Shown here: positions 1-12,251 of the stretch, piece after piece
How positions within the stretch are numbered: the stretch's first letter is position 1
Layout of the letters: each line of letters opens with the position of its first letter
Source of the DNA: Octopus sinensis
Lineage: Eukaryota
DNA: 64,000 bases
Direction of reading: 5' to 3'
Assembly (NCBI RefSeq): GCF_006345805.1
Contig: NC_042998.1
Span: 139,810,001 to 139,874,000, forward strand
The notes under the pieces: model-generated
Told to the model about the DNA's origin: nothing
Databases searched by the model: none
Seen by the model: the letters and a program-made list of their open reading frames with translations, nothing else
Translations under genes and position numbers: made by a program

Positions 1-304
1 GTCCCAAGCTCAAATCTGTTAATAACTATTGTTAGGTGCTTTCAAGCAAGGAACATAACTCTGATTACTCTTGTTTACCTGAATTAGAGAGGTGAAACTG
101 TTTTTTTCCAACTTCTTCCCAGTTTGTAATAATAAAGTAATCCAAATCATTGCTGTGACAGCAATCATTCCAATTATGCTGGCATGTAAAATGGATGTAA
201 AATAGTTTAGTTTGAAACTGATAAAATCATTTATAGCTATTTCTAACTTATTGGGTGGGCATGAACTGAACTGCCACTCACTAGTCAACACACAGCTCAT
301 AACC

Positions 305-493
305 CTTTCTGGGGTAGGGGGTTAGTCGATTACATCAACCCCAATGCTCAACTGGTACTTATTTTATCAACCCTGAAAGGATGAAAGGTAAAGTTGGCAT
401 CAGTGGAATTTGAATTCAGAACATAGAGATGGACAAAATGCAGCTAAGCATTTTATCCAGAATTGGTAACAATTCTTCAAGCTTGCTGCCTTC
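305..493 (-). mobile_element. tRNA-derived SINE with Meta-like domain (family B)
   Basis: Reverse complement of the head aaggcagcaagc and of the core cctttcatcctttcagggttgataaaataagtaccag; flanked by direct repeat cacagctcataa. Confidence 0.8.
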
Positions 494-1439
494 ACACAGC
501 TCATAATCATAACCCAGATTATGATCTCTTGGCAAGGTGAATCAAATTAATCACTGATATAAAACAGATAAAATTGTAAAGAAATTTATCAGCTGGAGAT
601 TTTGGGCATATAAAACAATCTTTAGCTGTTGATTTTACATCTTTAGCATTGCCATCTTGGACATCTTTAGTGGATCCCACTCTATTGCAAGCATTTAGGT
701 CAGGTATCCCTTCATGTACCTTCCTTCTTTCCCATTTCAAAGATCCTGCAAAGGGTCACAGGCATTGCTTCTCTCTTAAAGAAAAGATAAAATAATAAAT
801 ATTTTAATGTTTTTCTCTCTGATTTATTACATAAAAGAGGGGAATTATCACATTAACTTTTATTTTATTCGACAGAATAGAACAAATAACCACTTAGAAC
901 GTAATCATTAAAATGTAACTCTGTCAGCAACTTGGCCTGTCAGGGATGACTAATCACTTTACCACACATCCAATAGGCAGAAAAGGATTCAGCTTGCACC
1001 AGAATAGAATGCATTAATATCTGTATATTTCTTAATAAATTGACTATATCTTTAATCATTATAGATGAAGATGAAGAAGTTTGATTTCCTGAGTCATGGC
1101 TTTGATAAGCTTAGCACCATGATTAGGATTGTAAGAGAAACAATAATTTTTAGTGTAAAGTTCCATAACTCCTGTTAGGTTACCACTTAATCATTTTGTC
1201 TTCTTGTATGAAACTAAGCCATCATTTTTTTTTTTTTTGCAAATGTAACCCACCCACACCCATTCCAATTTCTCTCACCATCACTATTTACAGTCAACTC
1301 TTTTCCATCTCTAAATTTCTCCCCTCACACTATGAAACATCCCCTCTGTACTATTTATATTCCCCCCACTGTTCCTTGTAAGTATGTCTCAATGTATCTC
1401 CAATACCATCCATTTCTCTATCTCACCTTCCTCCCCTTT

Positions 1440-1812
1440 CATTTCCTACTGAGGTAGTAAGGCACCTGTCTCTATCCCTCTATCATATTTTAACCTCTCT
1501 TTTGTCGCAAAAGCCACCTCCCTCAGTTCCACTCCCTCTCTCAGCCAAGAGATCTTTGCCTTGAAAGTTATTTGGTAACCCCCACTGGTGCTGGTACCAC
1601 GTAAAAAGCATTAGTGCTCATGCTACAAAAAAGCACCCAATACACTCTGTAAAGTGGATGGTGTTAGGAAGAGCATCCAGCTATAGAAACCATTCCAAAG
1701 CAGACAATGGAGCCTGGTGCAGCTCTCTGACTTACCAGCTCCTGTCAAACCATCCAACCCATACTAGCAAGGAAGACACATACTATGAGGGTGATGATTA
1801 TGATGATGATCA
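1440..1812 (+). mobile_element. 3' end of RTE-related retroposon (family C)
   Basis: aggaagagcatccagctatagaaac core, ccaacccatactagca terminus and (GAT)n tail shared with many copies in the window. Confidence 0.7.
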
Positions 1813-1879
1813 ATTTGATCTGGAGGAAGTGGGGACAATGCCTTTGACCTTCGCAAACCTCCTAAGATCAGTGAGATTG

Positions 1880-2237
1880 ACACTGTTATTGTTAAAGTTC
1901 CATTTAAACTCTTGCAATTTGGCAGCTACAGATAAACAATGTGCTGGAGGGGAATTTTAGAGCCAGCATTATGAAGAGGAAGATCTAGGTGAAAGGACAG
2001 TGGGAAGAAATGCAGTGAGGGTGGCAAGAGGAGGAGAGATGAGTGAGTCTAGAGTACCTAAGTGGAGGTGACATGAGACCAGCTGTGAGAAGCAGAGACT
2101 ACTGTAGTAGTGGTAGAAAAGGTAGAGAGAGGACACAGCTCATCTGTGGGCTAAGAAGTTGAAGTGCATTGATGAGTGACTTCATGTCTGTCAGTTGAGT
2201 GGTCTTCTTTTGGGTACATTCAACAGTGTGTGTGCTG
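1880..2237 (-). mobile_element. Degenerate CR1/Jockey-group LINE ORF2 C-terminus
   Basis: Minus translation LAHR*AVSSLYLFYHYYSSLC...L*NSPPAH...LQEFK matches the typical LAHRRxVxSLxLFYRYY...LWNSLP...FK ending. Confidence 0.6.
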
Positions 2238-2619
2238 TATTAAGAAATGTGCTGCCTAACTACATGGCTTGAATCCCATTCTGTGGCACCTTAATTTAGT
2301 GTCTTCCAGCATCAAGCCCTGTGAGTGGTTTCGGTAAAGAAAAATTAAAAGATGCCCCTTTATATACATGTATGTGTGTGTGTCCCTTGCAAGCATGAAA
2401 AAGTAGACATTAAACAATGAATGACTCCTGTGTATATCTTGACATCACACAATTGTTGTAAACAAGTGTCACCATCATACATGTGGTGGTGTTCAGTTCC
2501 AGTCATCTATGAAAGCATGTCCAGCCATTGGGGGGGGGGGGATTACGTTGCTTGGAAACAGGTGAGATTTGGCAATGGAAAGATGGACTTTAAAATAATG
2601 CTGGTGGAATATATGTAGA

Positions 2620-2878
2620 TGTGTGTGTGTGTGCATAGATACATACATGCTTACATACATATATATATGTGTGTGTGTGTGTGTGTATAGATTTATACAT
2701 GCTTACATACATACATATATATGTGTGTGTGTGTATGTATATATATATATATATATGTATATATAATTTATGACTATATATGTATATATAATTTATGACT
2801 ATATATGTATATATAATTTATGACTATATATATATATATATATGTGTGTATATATATATATATATGTGTGTGTATATA

Positions 2879-2909
<31 letters not shown>

Positions 2910-2970
2910 GTTTATATACATTATGACTATATATAGTGACAACTATATATATGTGTGTGTGTACATATAT
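2620..2970. repeat. (TA)/(TG) microsatellite with short tandem units (taatttatgactatatatg)
   Basis: Direct inspection. Confidence 0.95.
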
Positions 2971-2979
2971 AGTTGTAAT

Positions 2980-3198
2980 AATCCTTTCTACAATAGGCAC
3001 AAGGCCTGAAATTTTAGGAGTGGGGACTGATCAATAACATCAGCCCCAGTGCTCAACTGGTACTTATTTCATCAACCCCTAAGGGATGAAAAGCAAAGTT
3101 GACCTCGGCTGGATTTGAACCTCAGAATGTAAAGACAGACAAAATGTTGCTTAGCATTCTGCCTGATTTGTTAACGATTCTGACATCTCACTGCCTTA
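2980..3198 (-). mobile_element. SINE family B
   Basis: Same diagnostic core as 305-493. Confidence 0.8.
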
Positions 3199-3266
3199 TA
3201 TAGATGTAATGATGACATCAAACAAAATAGTGATATTTTGAATTTCATTTAATACGTACATTTCAG

Positions 3267-3341
3267 GTTTGCATAATATATAATAAGGAAATGCATCCAC
3301 TACGTAAACCTTCCTCAGATAAAGCATTTCAAAAAATTCTG
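3267..3341 (+). CDS. Possible penultimate exon of the same gene (VCIIYNKEMHPLRKPSSDKAFQKIL)
   Basis: tttcag acceptor, 75 nt open, phase 0-0 compatible with the 3915 exon. Donor gtactg is weak and similarity to GMCL1 is marginal. Confidence 0.25.
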
Positions 3342-3373
3342 GTACTGTAAAGAATACTAAGAAATGTATTTAG

Positions 3374-3604
3374 AAATTAGGCTTCTCAAAACCAGGAAGG
3401 AGAAAGCTGATTCGAAGACTACAGATTCAAGCCATCACTGGAACTATAAAAATCTGTAAAACTTTCCAAAAGTTTATCATTTAAGTATATATGAGCATGT
3501 ATAGATATGCAACTATATGCATGAAAATACAATCATAAAACAAAACGTGCAAATCTGCACACATACATACATACATACATACATACATACATACATACAT
3601 ACAC

Positions 3605-3635
<31 letters not shown>

Positions 3636-3735
3636 CCACCCTCTGGATGTTGAAATTCTAATGAAGGAACTTTGGATCTAGGTTAGAAACCAGCACTTTC
3701 TCTATTGGCAAGAAATCTTCAAATAAAAACCAAAT
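3374..3735 (+). mobile_element. 3' end of a restriction-like-endonuclease (R4/NeSL-type) LINE with 3' UTR
   Basis: KLGFSKPGRRKLIRRLQIQAITGTIKICKTFQKFII* (3374-3484) fits the LQxxAxxGTxxI ending of RLE LINEs; (CATA)n, then AATAAA at 3722. Confidence 0.6.
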
Positions 3736-3914
3736 AATGACATATATACATGCATTCACACACAAATGCACATACATGTACATATATGTCAGCAATATCA
3801 TTATTATCATAACTTCAAACTTTCTGTTGTGCCACCTTACTTTATATAATTGTTATATGATTAAATATCACATTTTTGTTGGTACTCAATAATATTTCAT
3901 TTATTCTTCTTCAG

Positions 3915-4142
3915 GATATACCCATTCTCACGTTGGAGGAAGCAGCAACATTTCCTCTCCATATCTGTTTCAACGTTGTCTACGTAACACCATGTGAGTC
4001 TGTACCTTTACCAACATTGCCAACCCTTACAAATGAAGACTGGGACAAGATAGATGATATTCAAGGTGTGCCAAGCTCTTCAGTTCACCTGGATCCGACA
4101 CTTAATCCCGAGTCCTTATTAAGCAACAGTTCTGCAGAGTAA
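3915..4142 (+). CDS. GMCL1: Terminal coding exon of a germ cell-less-like protein (upstream exons mostly outside the window)
   Basis: Polypyrimidine acceptor ttattcttcttcag|GAT at 3914/3915, phase 0. Encodes DIPILTLEEAATFPLHICFNVVYVTP...SSAE*. TFPLHICFNVVYVTP resembles the GMCL1 C-terminal motif IFPLYICCNFLYISP (recalled, not searched). AATAAA near 4848. Confidence 0.6.
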   Translation, partial: DIPILTLEEAATFPLHICFNVVYVTPCESVPLPTLPTLTNEDWDKIDDIQGVPSSSVHLDPTLNPESLLSNSSAE

Positions 4143-4383
4143 ACTAGTTAAACCGGCCTGATCTAATTTCATCCGCTAATCCAGGCGAAATGGCTTCCAT
4201 CAATCTAGTTTATTTTATTTTTTTCATGCCTCACCTCCAGCTCTCTCTCTCTCTCTGTTCATTCACTAAATATTGTGGTCATCTATCACTTGATTCCTGA
4301 TACCATGTCAACACACTGCATTCATTGAAAAGTTATGTTTAACATTTTGATCAATGCACCACTCACAATCACAAACATCATTT

Positions 4384-4433
4384 TATATATATATATTTAT
4401 ATATATATATATATATTCACATATATACATACA

Positions 4434-4466
<33 letters not shown>

Positions 4467-4482
4467 ATATGTATATATATAC

Positions 4483-4518
<36 letters not shown>

Positions 4519-4722
4519 GTATATGTGTGTGTATATGTATGTATATATATATATATATATATATGTATATGTATGTATATATGTATATATATCTATGTAT
4601 ATATATATGTATATATATATGTATATGTATGTATGTATATATATATGTATGTGTATATATATATATGTGTGTGTATGTATATATGTAGGTATATGTATGT
4701 ATGTATATATAATATGTATATT
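4384..4722. repeat. (TA)/(TATG) microsatellite within the presumed GMCL1 3' UTR
   Basis: Direct inspection. Confidence 0.95.
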
Positions 4723-5062
4723 CCCTTTCTGTTTATATATTATCCACCACCACCAACTCACCCACATCACGGTGCTGTGCCTGTTCAAGGAACAGAATGA
4801 AGTCTTATTCGTGTAAAGTTAAATCACACTGCATTTATACAAAGGAAAATAAAAAAAAAATATTGCTCACCAACAACTGAAGTGTTTTCTTTCAAAGTAA
4901 ATATGATGAAAAAAAAAAATACAAAGATATTGCAATGTTCGTGTGTGTGTGTGCACATATTTGTTTACTCAAAGTTGAATAATTCTTACAGGAGGTGAAT
5001 AGAAGTGATTGTTTTGTTTATCTATTGATAGTATTGTAAAACACGTTGCTATTATTATTCTG

Positions 5063-5485
5063 AAGGCAGTGAGCTGGCACAATCATTAGCACACAAGGCA
5101 AAATGCTTAGCAGCATTTCATCTGTCTTTATGGTCTGGGTTCAAATTCTGCCGGGGTTGATTTTGCCTTTCATCCTTTTGGGCTTGATGAATTAAGTACC
5201 AGTGACTACTCTCCTGCCTCCAAATTTCAGGCCTTGTGCCTTTAGAAGAAAGGATTATTAGTGTAAGAAGAAAGGTGAGCTGGTAGAATCGTTAGCATGC
5301 CGGGCTAAATATTTAGTGGCATTTCATCCGTCTTTATGCTCTAGGTTCAAATTCCGTCAAGGTTGACTTTGCAATTCATCCCTTTACAGGTTGATAAATT
5401 AAGTACCAGTTGTGTACTGGTGTTGATGTAATCAACTTATTCCTCTCCCCAAACTTGCTGACCTTGTGCCAAAAATTAGAATTAT
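5063..5485 (+). mobile_element. Two tandem SINE family B copies
   Basis: Heads aaggcagtgagctggc (5063) and aaggtgagctggtag (about 5270), each with a B-box-like ggttcaaattc and the Meta-like core. Confidence 0.8.
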
Positions 5486-5997
5486 TATTAGTGTTATTGT
5501 CAATAATTTGTTGACTTTCATCATCATTATCTTTTAATGTTCATCTCCCATACTGGCATGGGTTGGAGAGTTGAGCAGCATTTGACAGTTCCAAGAACTG
5601 CATTGTGCTCCAGTATCTGCTTTGGCATGGTTTCTACAGCTGGATGCCCTTCCTAATGTTGGCCACTTTACAAAATGTACTGGGTGCTTTTCTGAAGCAC
5701 CAACATTGAGGTTACCATGTAGCTTGCAGGGACAAATAAAAAATATCCCTGGGGTTATAATAGAAAGGAAGACAGCTTTATGCTAGGAAATGAGGGATCC
5801 AATTATATGCAGAATAGAAAAGATTTCTTGTTGTAGAAGAGTTACATGGCTACACGTTTGATCCTACTGGGTAGTAGAAGAGTTACATGGCTACGTGTTT
5901 GATCCTACTGGGTAGGAGTAACTAGGGTGAAGCTAGAGAGAGAGATAAAATAGCGATGAAGCATCAGGATTGATCCCTCAAGCTACAAGAAGGAGAA

Positions 5998-6250
5998 CCG
6001 AAGTGGGTGGAGGCAAAAAATCAGTGGGTGTATGTGGGAGCAGAAAACCAGGGGTCGTGGGTTGGGGCAGAAAACCAGGAGGTGTGGGAGGGAGCAGAAA
6101 ACCAAGGAGTGTGGGTGGAACAGAAAACCAAGGGGCGTGGGTGGTGGCAGAAAACCAGGAGGCATGGGTGAGAGCAGAAAACCAAGGGTGGTGGGTGGTG
6201 TGCAGAAAACCAGGGTGCATGGGTGGGTAAAGGCTGCAAGAGTGCAGAAA
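5998..6250. repeat. G-rich minisatellite, unit about 28-31 bp (gcagaaaaccaggggtgtgggtgg)
   Basis: About 8 diverged copies built around cagaaaacca. Confidence 0.9.
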
Positions 6251-7091
6251 ATCACTCAGCTGGCTGGCCACTTCTACCAAATTAACAGAAAAATGAGAGC
6301 TGATAATGGTGATTGTGAGCTTCAAGTTTCTTCTTAGTGTGGAATGCAACCCCCTCAACTTAAGTTTAGTGGTCAGTGATTTCAAATCGAAGGCATAGGG
6401 GGTTAAGAAACTTTGTTGTGGTCCAAATATGAGTTAGGTCCTGCTGCACATTCATGTATGTATGTATGAAAATTTTTTACTGTGGTTTCAGGTTCAATCC
6501 TACTGTGTAGCACCTTGCACAAGTGTCTTCTACTACAGCCCCAAGCTGACTAATGCCTTGTTAGTGAATTTGATACACAAAACTGCATGGAAACTAGTTG
6601 TGTGTGTGTGTATATATATATATCTTATTTTTTATATTGTACAAAAAGTGGATGTAGGCATAGGAATGGTTGTGTTGTATGAAGCTTGCTTCCCATCCAT
6701 ATGGTTCCAGGTTCAGTTCCACAATGTGGCATCTTGAGCAAGTGTCTTTTACTATAGCCTTGTATCAACCAAATCCTTGTGAGTCAATTTGGTAGGCAGA
6801 AACTGAAAGAAAACCATCATATATATATATATATATATCATTATTATTATGCAAAACTGTCGTAAGTTCAAAACTTTTCAAAAAACAAAAAAAATAGTTT
6901 CACCATTCCATAGCAAAACCGTTGTACTACACTTTGAAAATTTTCATATCTTGGCATCTGAAGCAGCTGGAGATACTATAGTTTGATCAAAAGAACCAGC
7001 TATTGCAAGCAAAAATAAATATTGAACAAAATGCATTTGGCCAAATTTGGACATATGACAGTTTAACATAATAGCAACGATATATATATAT

Positions 7092-7491
7092 ACTCTTTTA
7101 CTCTTTTACTTGTTTCAGTCATTTGACTGCGGCCATGCTGGAGCACCGCCTTTAATCGAGCAACTCGACCCCGAGACTTATTCTTTGTAAGCCCAGTACT
7201 TATTCTATCGGTCTCTTTTTTGCCGAACCGCTAAGTGACGGGGACGTAAACACACCAGCATCGGTTGTCAAGCAATGCTAGGGGAACAAACACAGACACA
7301 CAAACAAACACATATATATATATATACATATATACGACAGGCTTCTTTCATTTCCGTCTTCCAAATCCACTCACAAGGCATTGGTCGGCCCGGGGCTATA
7401 GCAGAAGACACTTGCCCAAGATGCCACGCAGTGGGACTGAACCCGGAACCATGTGGTTGGTTAGCAAGCTACTTACCACACAGCCACTCCT
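7092..7491 (-). mobile_element. Full-length tRNA-derived SINE (family A)
   Basis: Reverse complement of ggagtggctgtgtggtaag...gggttcagtccc...cttgggcaagtg head, internal (TA/TG)n, tail gactgaaacaagtaaaagag; CpGs retained. Confidence 0.85.
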
Positions 7492-8281
7492 ATATATATT
7501 ATCTGTGTCTGTGTTTGTCCCCCCACCACTGCTTGACAACTGTTATTGGTGTGTTTACATCCCTGTAACTAAGCAGTTCAGCCAAAGAGATTGATGGAAT
7601 AAGTACCAGTCTTAAAATAAATAAGTACTGGGGTTAATTCATTTGACTAAAACTTCTTCAAGGCAGTGCCCCAGCATGGCCACAGTCTAATGACTGAAAT
7701 AAGAAAAAAATAAATGATACTTTAAGAACATCACAATACATCTTCAGAAAGCATCTCGTATAGATGTATCTCGCTAAAAAGTACAGAAATCTCAGCAGTA
7801 GACAATAAATGTCCAGCACCAGCAGTGGATTTCTTAGATCACATGATTTCTATGTGTTTACAATTCACCAGTAGCAGCTATCCACTATCACCATATGCTA
7901 GCCAAAGTGCTTCCATACTGGCTGACTGGCTCTGATGAGCCAAGTACTACACTGTATTCCATTGTCTACTTTGAATGCTCTTCCTAACACTAACCTATAT
8001 AATGCCTATATAATGTTTATATATATATATAGAGAGAGGGACATTTCATTCAATACTACATCCCTGCTCAGTTTACTGGTCTTGTTAAAGGAATCACTTG
8101 GTGACCTCTCTAGTGTCAGTACCCTCAAAAGAAAAGCACTCAGTACATTCTGTAAATTTTCTGGTATTAGGAAGGACATCTAGTCTAAGAAGCCACACCA
8201 AAGCAGACATGCTGGGTTGTCAGATTTTATCAAACTGTGCAGCCCACGCCAACATAGAAGACAGATGATGATGTATATATA

Positions 8282-9306
8282 TTGGGTCATCCCATAAATA
8301 ATGCAGTTGATGGGGATCTGACAATAAGCATAAGCCAATGTCAACAGTGGTTCCAGAAATTCTGAGCCAGAAACTACAGCCTAGAAGACAAGCCTTCTCC
8401 TGGAAGATTTGTAGATTTGACAAGGATGTTCTGCAAAACCTGATGTAACAAAATCCCATCGTAACTGTTGAGGAACTAGCAGAGAAACTTGGATTTGGTC
8501 ATTCAACCATTCGTTGACACCTGCATGCCATTGGAAAGGTCAGCAAATTGGGTCAGTGGGTTCCTCACAATCTTTCAGAGTCTAATCATGTGCAGAGAGT
8601 GAACTTGTGTTCTTCTTTGTTGTTACATCTCACAAACGAACCTTTTCTGGATTGAATAGTGACTGAGGATGAAAAATTGCTTCTCTATAAAAATGTCAAG
8701 CATTGAAGACGGTGGGTATGGAAAGGAGAAACACTGGCGCCCCAGGATAAAGGTCTTCACCCACATAAGTTGTTGTTATCTGTTTGGTGGGATATGAAAG
8801 GTTTAGACCACTTTGAACTTTTAAACCCAAAGCAAACAATAACAAAGGAGATCTACTACAAGTAGCTTGAGCGGCTTAAGTCAGTGCTAGAAGAAAAACG
8901 ACCATCTTTGGTTTCAAGACAAAAGGTGTTCTTCCATCAGGGTAATACTCAGCCACATTCAGTGAGGATGACATTCCAAAGACTGGAGCAGTTTGAATGG
9001 GAAACAGTGCTTCACCCACAATATTCGCTGGGCATTGTCCCATCTGATTATCATTTATTCTACAGTCTTCAAAATCATTTAGACAGAAAAAATATGAATT
9101 CTGTAGATGAGGTCAGAACAGTACTGGAGGAGTATTTTTTGTCATGGACAACTGAATTTTGGAAGAGGGGCTTTGCAAGTCAACCAGATAGATGAAAGAA
9201 CATTGTAGAAAATGAAGGAGAGTATATTTTACATTAAAAAAACAACTTTATGTTAATTTTGAAAAATAAAAGAAGTATAAAAAAATGTATTTATGGGATG
9301 ACCCAA
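8282..9306 (+). mobile_element. Mariner (D,D34D) transposon relic, internally deleted, transposase pseudogene
   Basis: TIRs ttgggtcatcccataaata / tatttatgggatgacccaa; motifs WVPHNL, VTEDEK, WWDMKG, FHQGN, HPQYSLGIVPSDYHLF; several stops. Confidence 0.92.
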
Positions 9307-9829
9307 CATATTATATGGGCACAAGCTCCTGGTCATGCCACCACTGAGCGGTCCTTGGCCGCTCAGTGGTGGCATGATTGTCGAGGGAATGGACCAGATG
9401 TAAAATAACAGATGACAAGAGGCAGAGATCAGACATTGAAGATGCAAAGAGCAATTCGTACTTCCTCCTCATCCCTGCAATAAATTCCCCCCAGCTCTTC
9501 TATGCTACCTTTAGCCTGAACAGCCACCTCAGGTACCAGCACTCTCCATGCTCATCAAGATGAAGAGGCTTGGATACAAGTAAATGCCACTACCAATGAG
9601 GCTTAAGAAATTGACTTCCCAACCATGTGGTTTTGCATCCAGTTCCACTTGGGCAAGTATCTTCTAATGTTTACTGTTCAATTGATTGGAAGATAATCGC
9701 CTCCCTTTGTAAAGTGGATGGTTAGCAATAGGAAGAGTATCCAGCTGTAAGTAAAAAAAAACTTTACTCCAATATATTCTCATCTGGCACATGCAAGCTG
9801 GGAAAAGTGGACATAAATGATGATGATAT

Positions 9830-10745
9830 TTCTGTTTTCTTTGTGTGGCTTTTGTGGCTGATTTTCAAGCAATATCTAATAAGGGTATTTGTTTGGTGTC
9901 GCAGTGTGGTTATAATTATTTGAGGTTACTGTGACATGCAGTGTGACCATTGTTATTGATGCTACTAATTACTTTATACAGTATTTTACTGATTCTTTTG
10001 TAGTTTATGTTAGATACAGATGTTTACCATTCTTGTGTGTTTTTTCTCTAGAGTTTATTATCTTCTTAATTTCCTTATTTAGTTGTTTGATGCTGAGCTT
10101 TATTTCAGCTGTGTGTGCGGCGTTGGTGCATTATGTTTGAGAGTGTCTCTGGTTTTTATGAGGCTGGCTGTTTCTTGTGTGTTACTGGGTTGTATTTTTT
10201 TTATATTGCCTTTTGGGATGTGTCTGTAATTATTTTGTTGTATGTACATACTGCAGTGTCTGTATTGGTGATAGTCTTGTTGAATTCTGGAAACCATGAT
10301 TTGGTTTCTTAATTGATCTTGTTCTATTGGGTTTTATTTGTCTTTTTCTTTTGTTCCTTGTATTGTTTGAAGTTTGCAAAAGTGTTTTGTTTTCTTCATT
10401 GATGTGCGTGTATTGTGATGATTGCTAAGTGGTTTGAGGAAAGTTGGGGAGTTTTGTCTGCCAAGTGGATACCATAGCTAAGTGTGAGAGCAGTAGGGGT
10501 GATGTCTGGAGAAAATTATTGAACTTTGGCTTGGTGAGGAATGCACATGCATTGGTATGGGTTGTTTTGGATGTAAAGGGAGTTTACTTATGATTCTGTT
10601 TAACCTCTTTTTTTTTTTGATTGAAAATCAGGAAATGCTGACTGCATTGAAGTCTCCCTTAATGATGGTGATCAGGAAAGCTTTAAAGTGTTTTAGTTTG
10701 GATGTATAATCTGTTAGGATGGTTGGTGAAATCAGTGGTAGTATA
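9830..10745 (-). mobile_element. Highly degenerate APE-type LINE ORF2 fragment
   Basis: TIIKGDFNA (about 10643-10669) endonuclease motif; A/C-rich minus strand; many stops. Confidence 0.45.
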
Positions 10746-10865
10746 TATAGAAATCAGAGACAGGTAGAAACAAGGAAAATGCCCCTTGTATTTGAATACT
10801 ATATAAATATTCTTTTAAAAACTTTTCTTTTAATTTTTCCAAAATTTAATTGTTTTCCATACTTA

Positions 10866-10901
10866 CAGTTGAAAAAGTCTCAATGACTGAAACCAGTACT
10901 G
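10866..10901 (+). ncRNA. Candidate minimal type I hammerhead ribozyme (U3-A8 core variant)
   Basis: cag TTGAAAA agtc-tcaat-gact GAAA c-ca-g TA ctg: stems I-III and core in the correct order. Confidence 0.55.
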
Positions 10902-10965
10902 AAATGTTTTTTAGAAAATTATTTTAGCATTTTCTACCTTGGCTTTTTTTCCATATATATATATA

Positions 10966-11549
10966 TCATCATCATCATCATCATCATAATCATTATCGTT
11001 TAACGTCCGTTTTCCATGCTAGCATGGGTTGGACGGTTTGACCGGTGTCTGGGAAGCCAGGAGGCTGCACCAGGCTCCAGTCTGATCTGGCAGTGTTTCT
11101 ATAGCTGGATGCCCTTCCTAACGCTAACCACTCTGTGAGTGTAGTGGGTGCTTTTTACGTCCCACCAGCACAGGTGCCAGGGGAGGTTGGCAACGGCCAC
11201 AATCTGTTGGTGCTTTTTACATGCCACCAGCACGGAAGCCAGTCAAGGCGGTGCTGGCATCGGCCATGTACAGATGGTGCTTTTTACATGCCAGGGGCAC
11301 AGGTAACACAACTACAATTTCCATTTGATATCTATTTTGATGTTGATGTACTTGACTCAATAGGTCTCCTCAAACACAGCAGGTCACCCTATGATCCAAG
11401 GTAAGCACAGCAGGCCGTCCTACGATCCAAGGCACTTTGGATGGGCTGGGGCTTCTATGTGAAGCTGGTGCAGGAAACAGCCATCAACTCACGTTATTTG
11501 TCACGTCCTTGCAGTCACAGTATATCTCCAGAGGTCTCGGTCTTTCACG

Positions 11550-11553
<4 letters not shown>
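10966..11553 (-). mobile_element. RTE-related 3' fragment (family C) with internal ~60-bp repeats
   Basis: (CAT)n tail, ggatgcccttcctaacg core, three ggtgctttttac(g/a)t units. Confidence 0.8.
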
Positions 11554-11591
<38 letters not shown>

Positions 11592-11838
11592 TGATATTAA
11601 TGTGCTTCATCTGGCACTTTATATTCTTAGTTCAAATTCAAACCACAATCAGCTTTGCCTTTCACCCACTCCTGTGTCTACAAAATAAATTACCTCTGGC
11701 AGGTGTATGGCAGAACTGGTAAAGTATCTGACAAAATACCATGTGGTATTTAGTTATGTCTCATTAGGTTCTGTCTTCAAATCCCTCTGAGGTTCATTTT
11801 TCATAGGCATTTTTCATGGCTGTGTGGCAAGTAGCTAT

Positions 11839-12251
11839 AGGCGTAGGAGTGGCTGTGTGATAAGTAGCTTGCTTATGAACCACATGGTTTCGGGTTCAGT
11901 CCCACTGCGTGGCACCTTGGGCAAGTGTCTTCTACTATAGCCTTGGGCCGACCAAAGCCTTGTGAGTGGATTTGGTAGATGGAAACTGAAAGAAGCCCAT
12001 CGTATATATGTATATATATATGTATGTGTGTGTGTATATGTTTGTGTGTCTGTGTTTGTCCCCCGAACATCACTTGACAACCAATGCTGGTGTATTTACG
12101 TCCCCGTAACTTAGCGGTTCGGCAAAAGAGACTGATAGAATAAGTACTAGGCTTACAAAGAATAAGTCCTGGGGTCGATTTGCTTGGCTAAAGGCGGTGC
12201 TCCAGCATGGCTACAGTCAAATGACTGAAACAAGTAAAAGAGTGAAAGAGT
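11839..12251 (+). mobile_element. Full-length SINE family A
   Basis: ggcgtaggagtggctgtgtg head through aagtaaaagag tail. Confidence 0.85.

Noticed and set aside
19-740. Minus-strand ORFs 19-300 and 519-740
   Set aside because: No recognisable motif, non-ATG start for one, separated by a SINE, and antisense to the presumed GMCL1 intron; a non-coding exon cannot be excluded.
4335-4816. Long YI/CV/HT-rich ORFs here and at 21805-23122, 28608-29012, 55906-56337, 58597-59179 and 62394-62745
   Set aside because: Translations of (TA)n, (TG)n and (CA)n microsatellites.
5835-5915. Short perfect-ish tandem duplications (also 28020-28080 and 53337-53376)
   Set aside because: Ordinary slippage duplications with no further structure.
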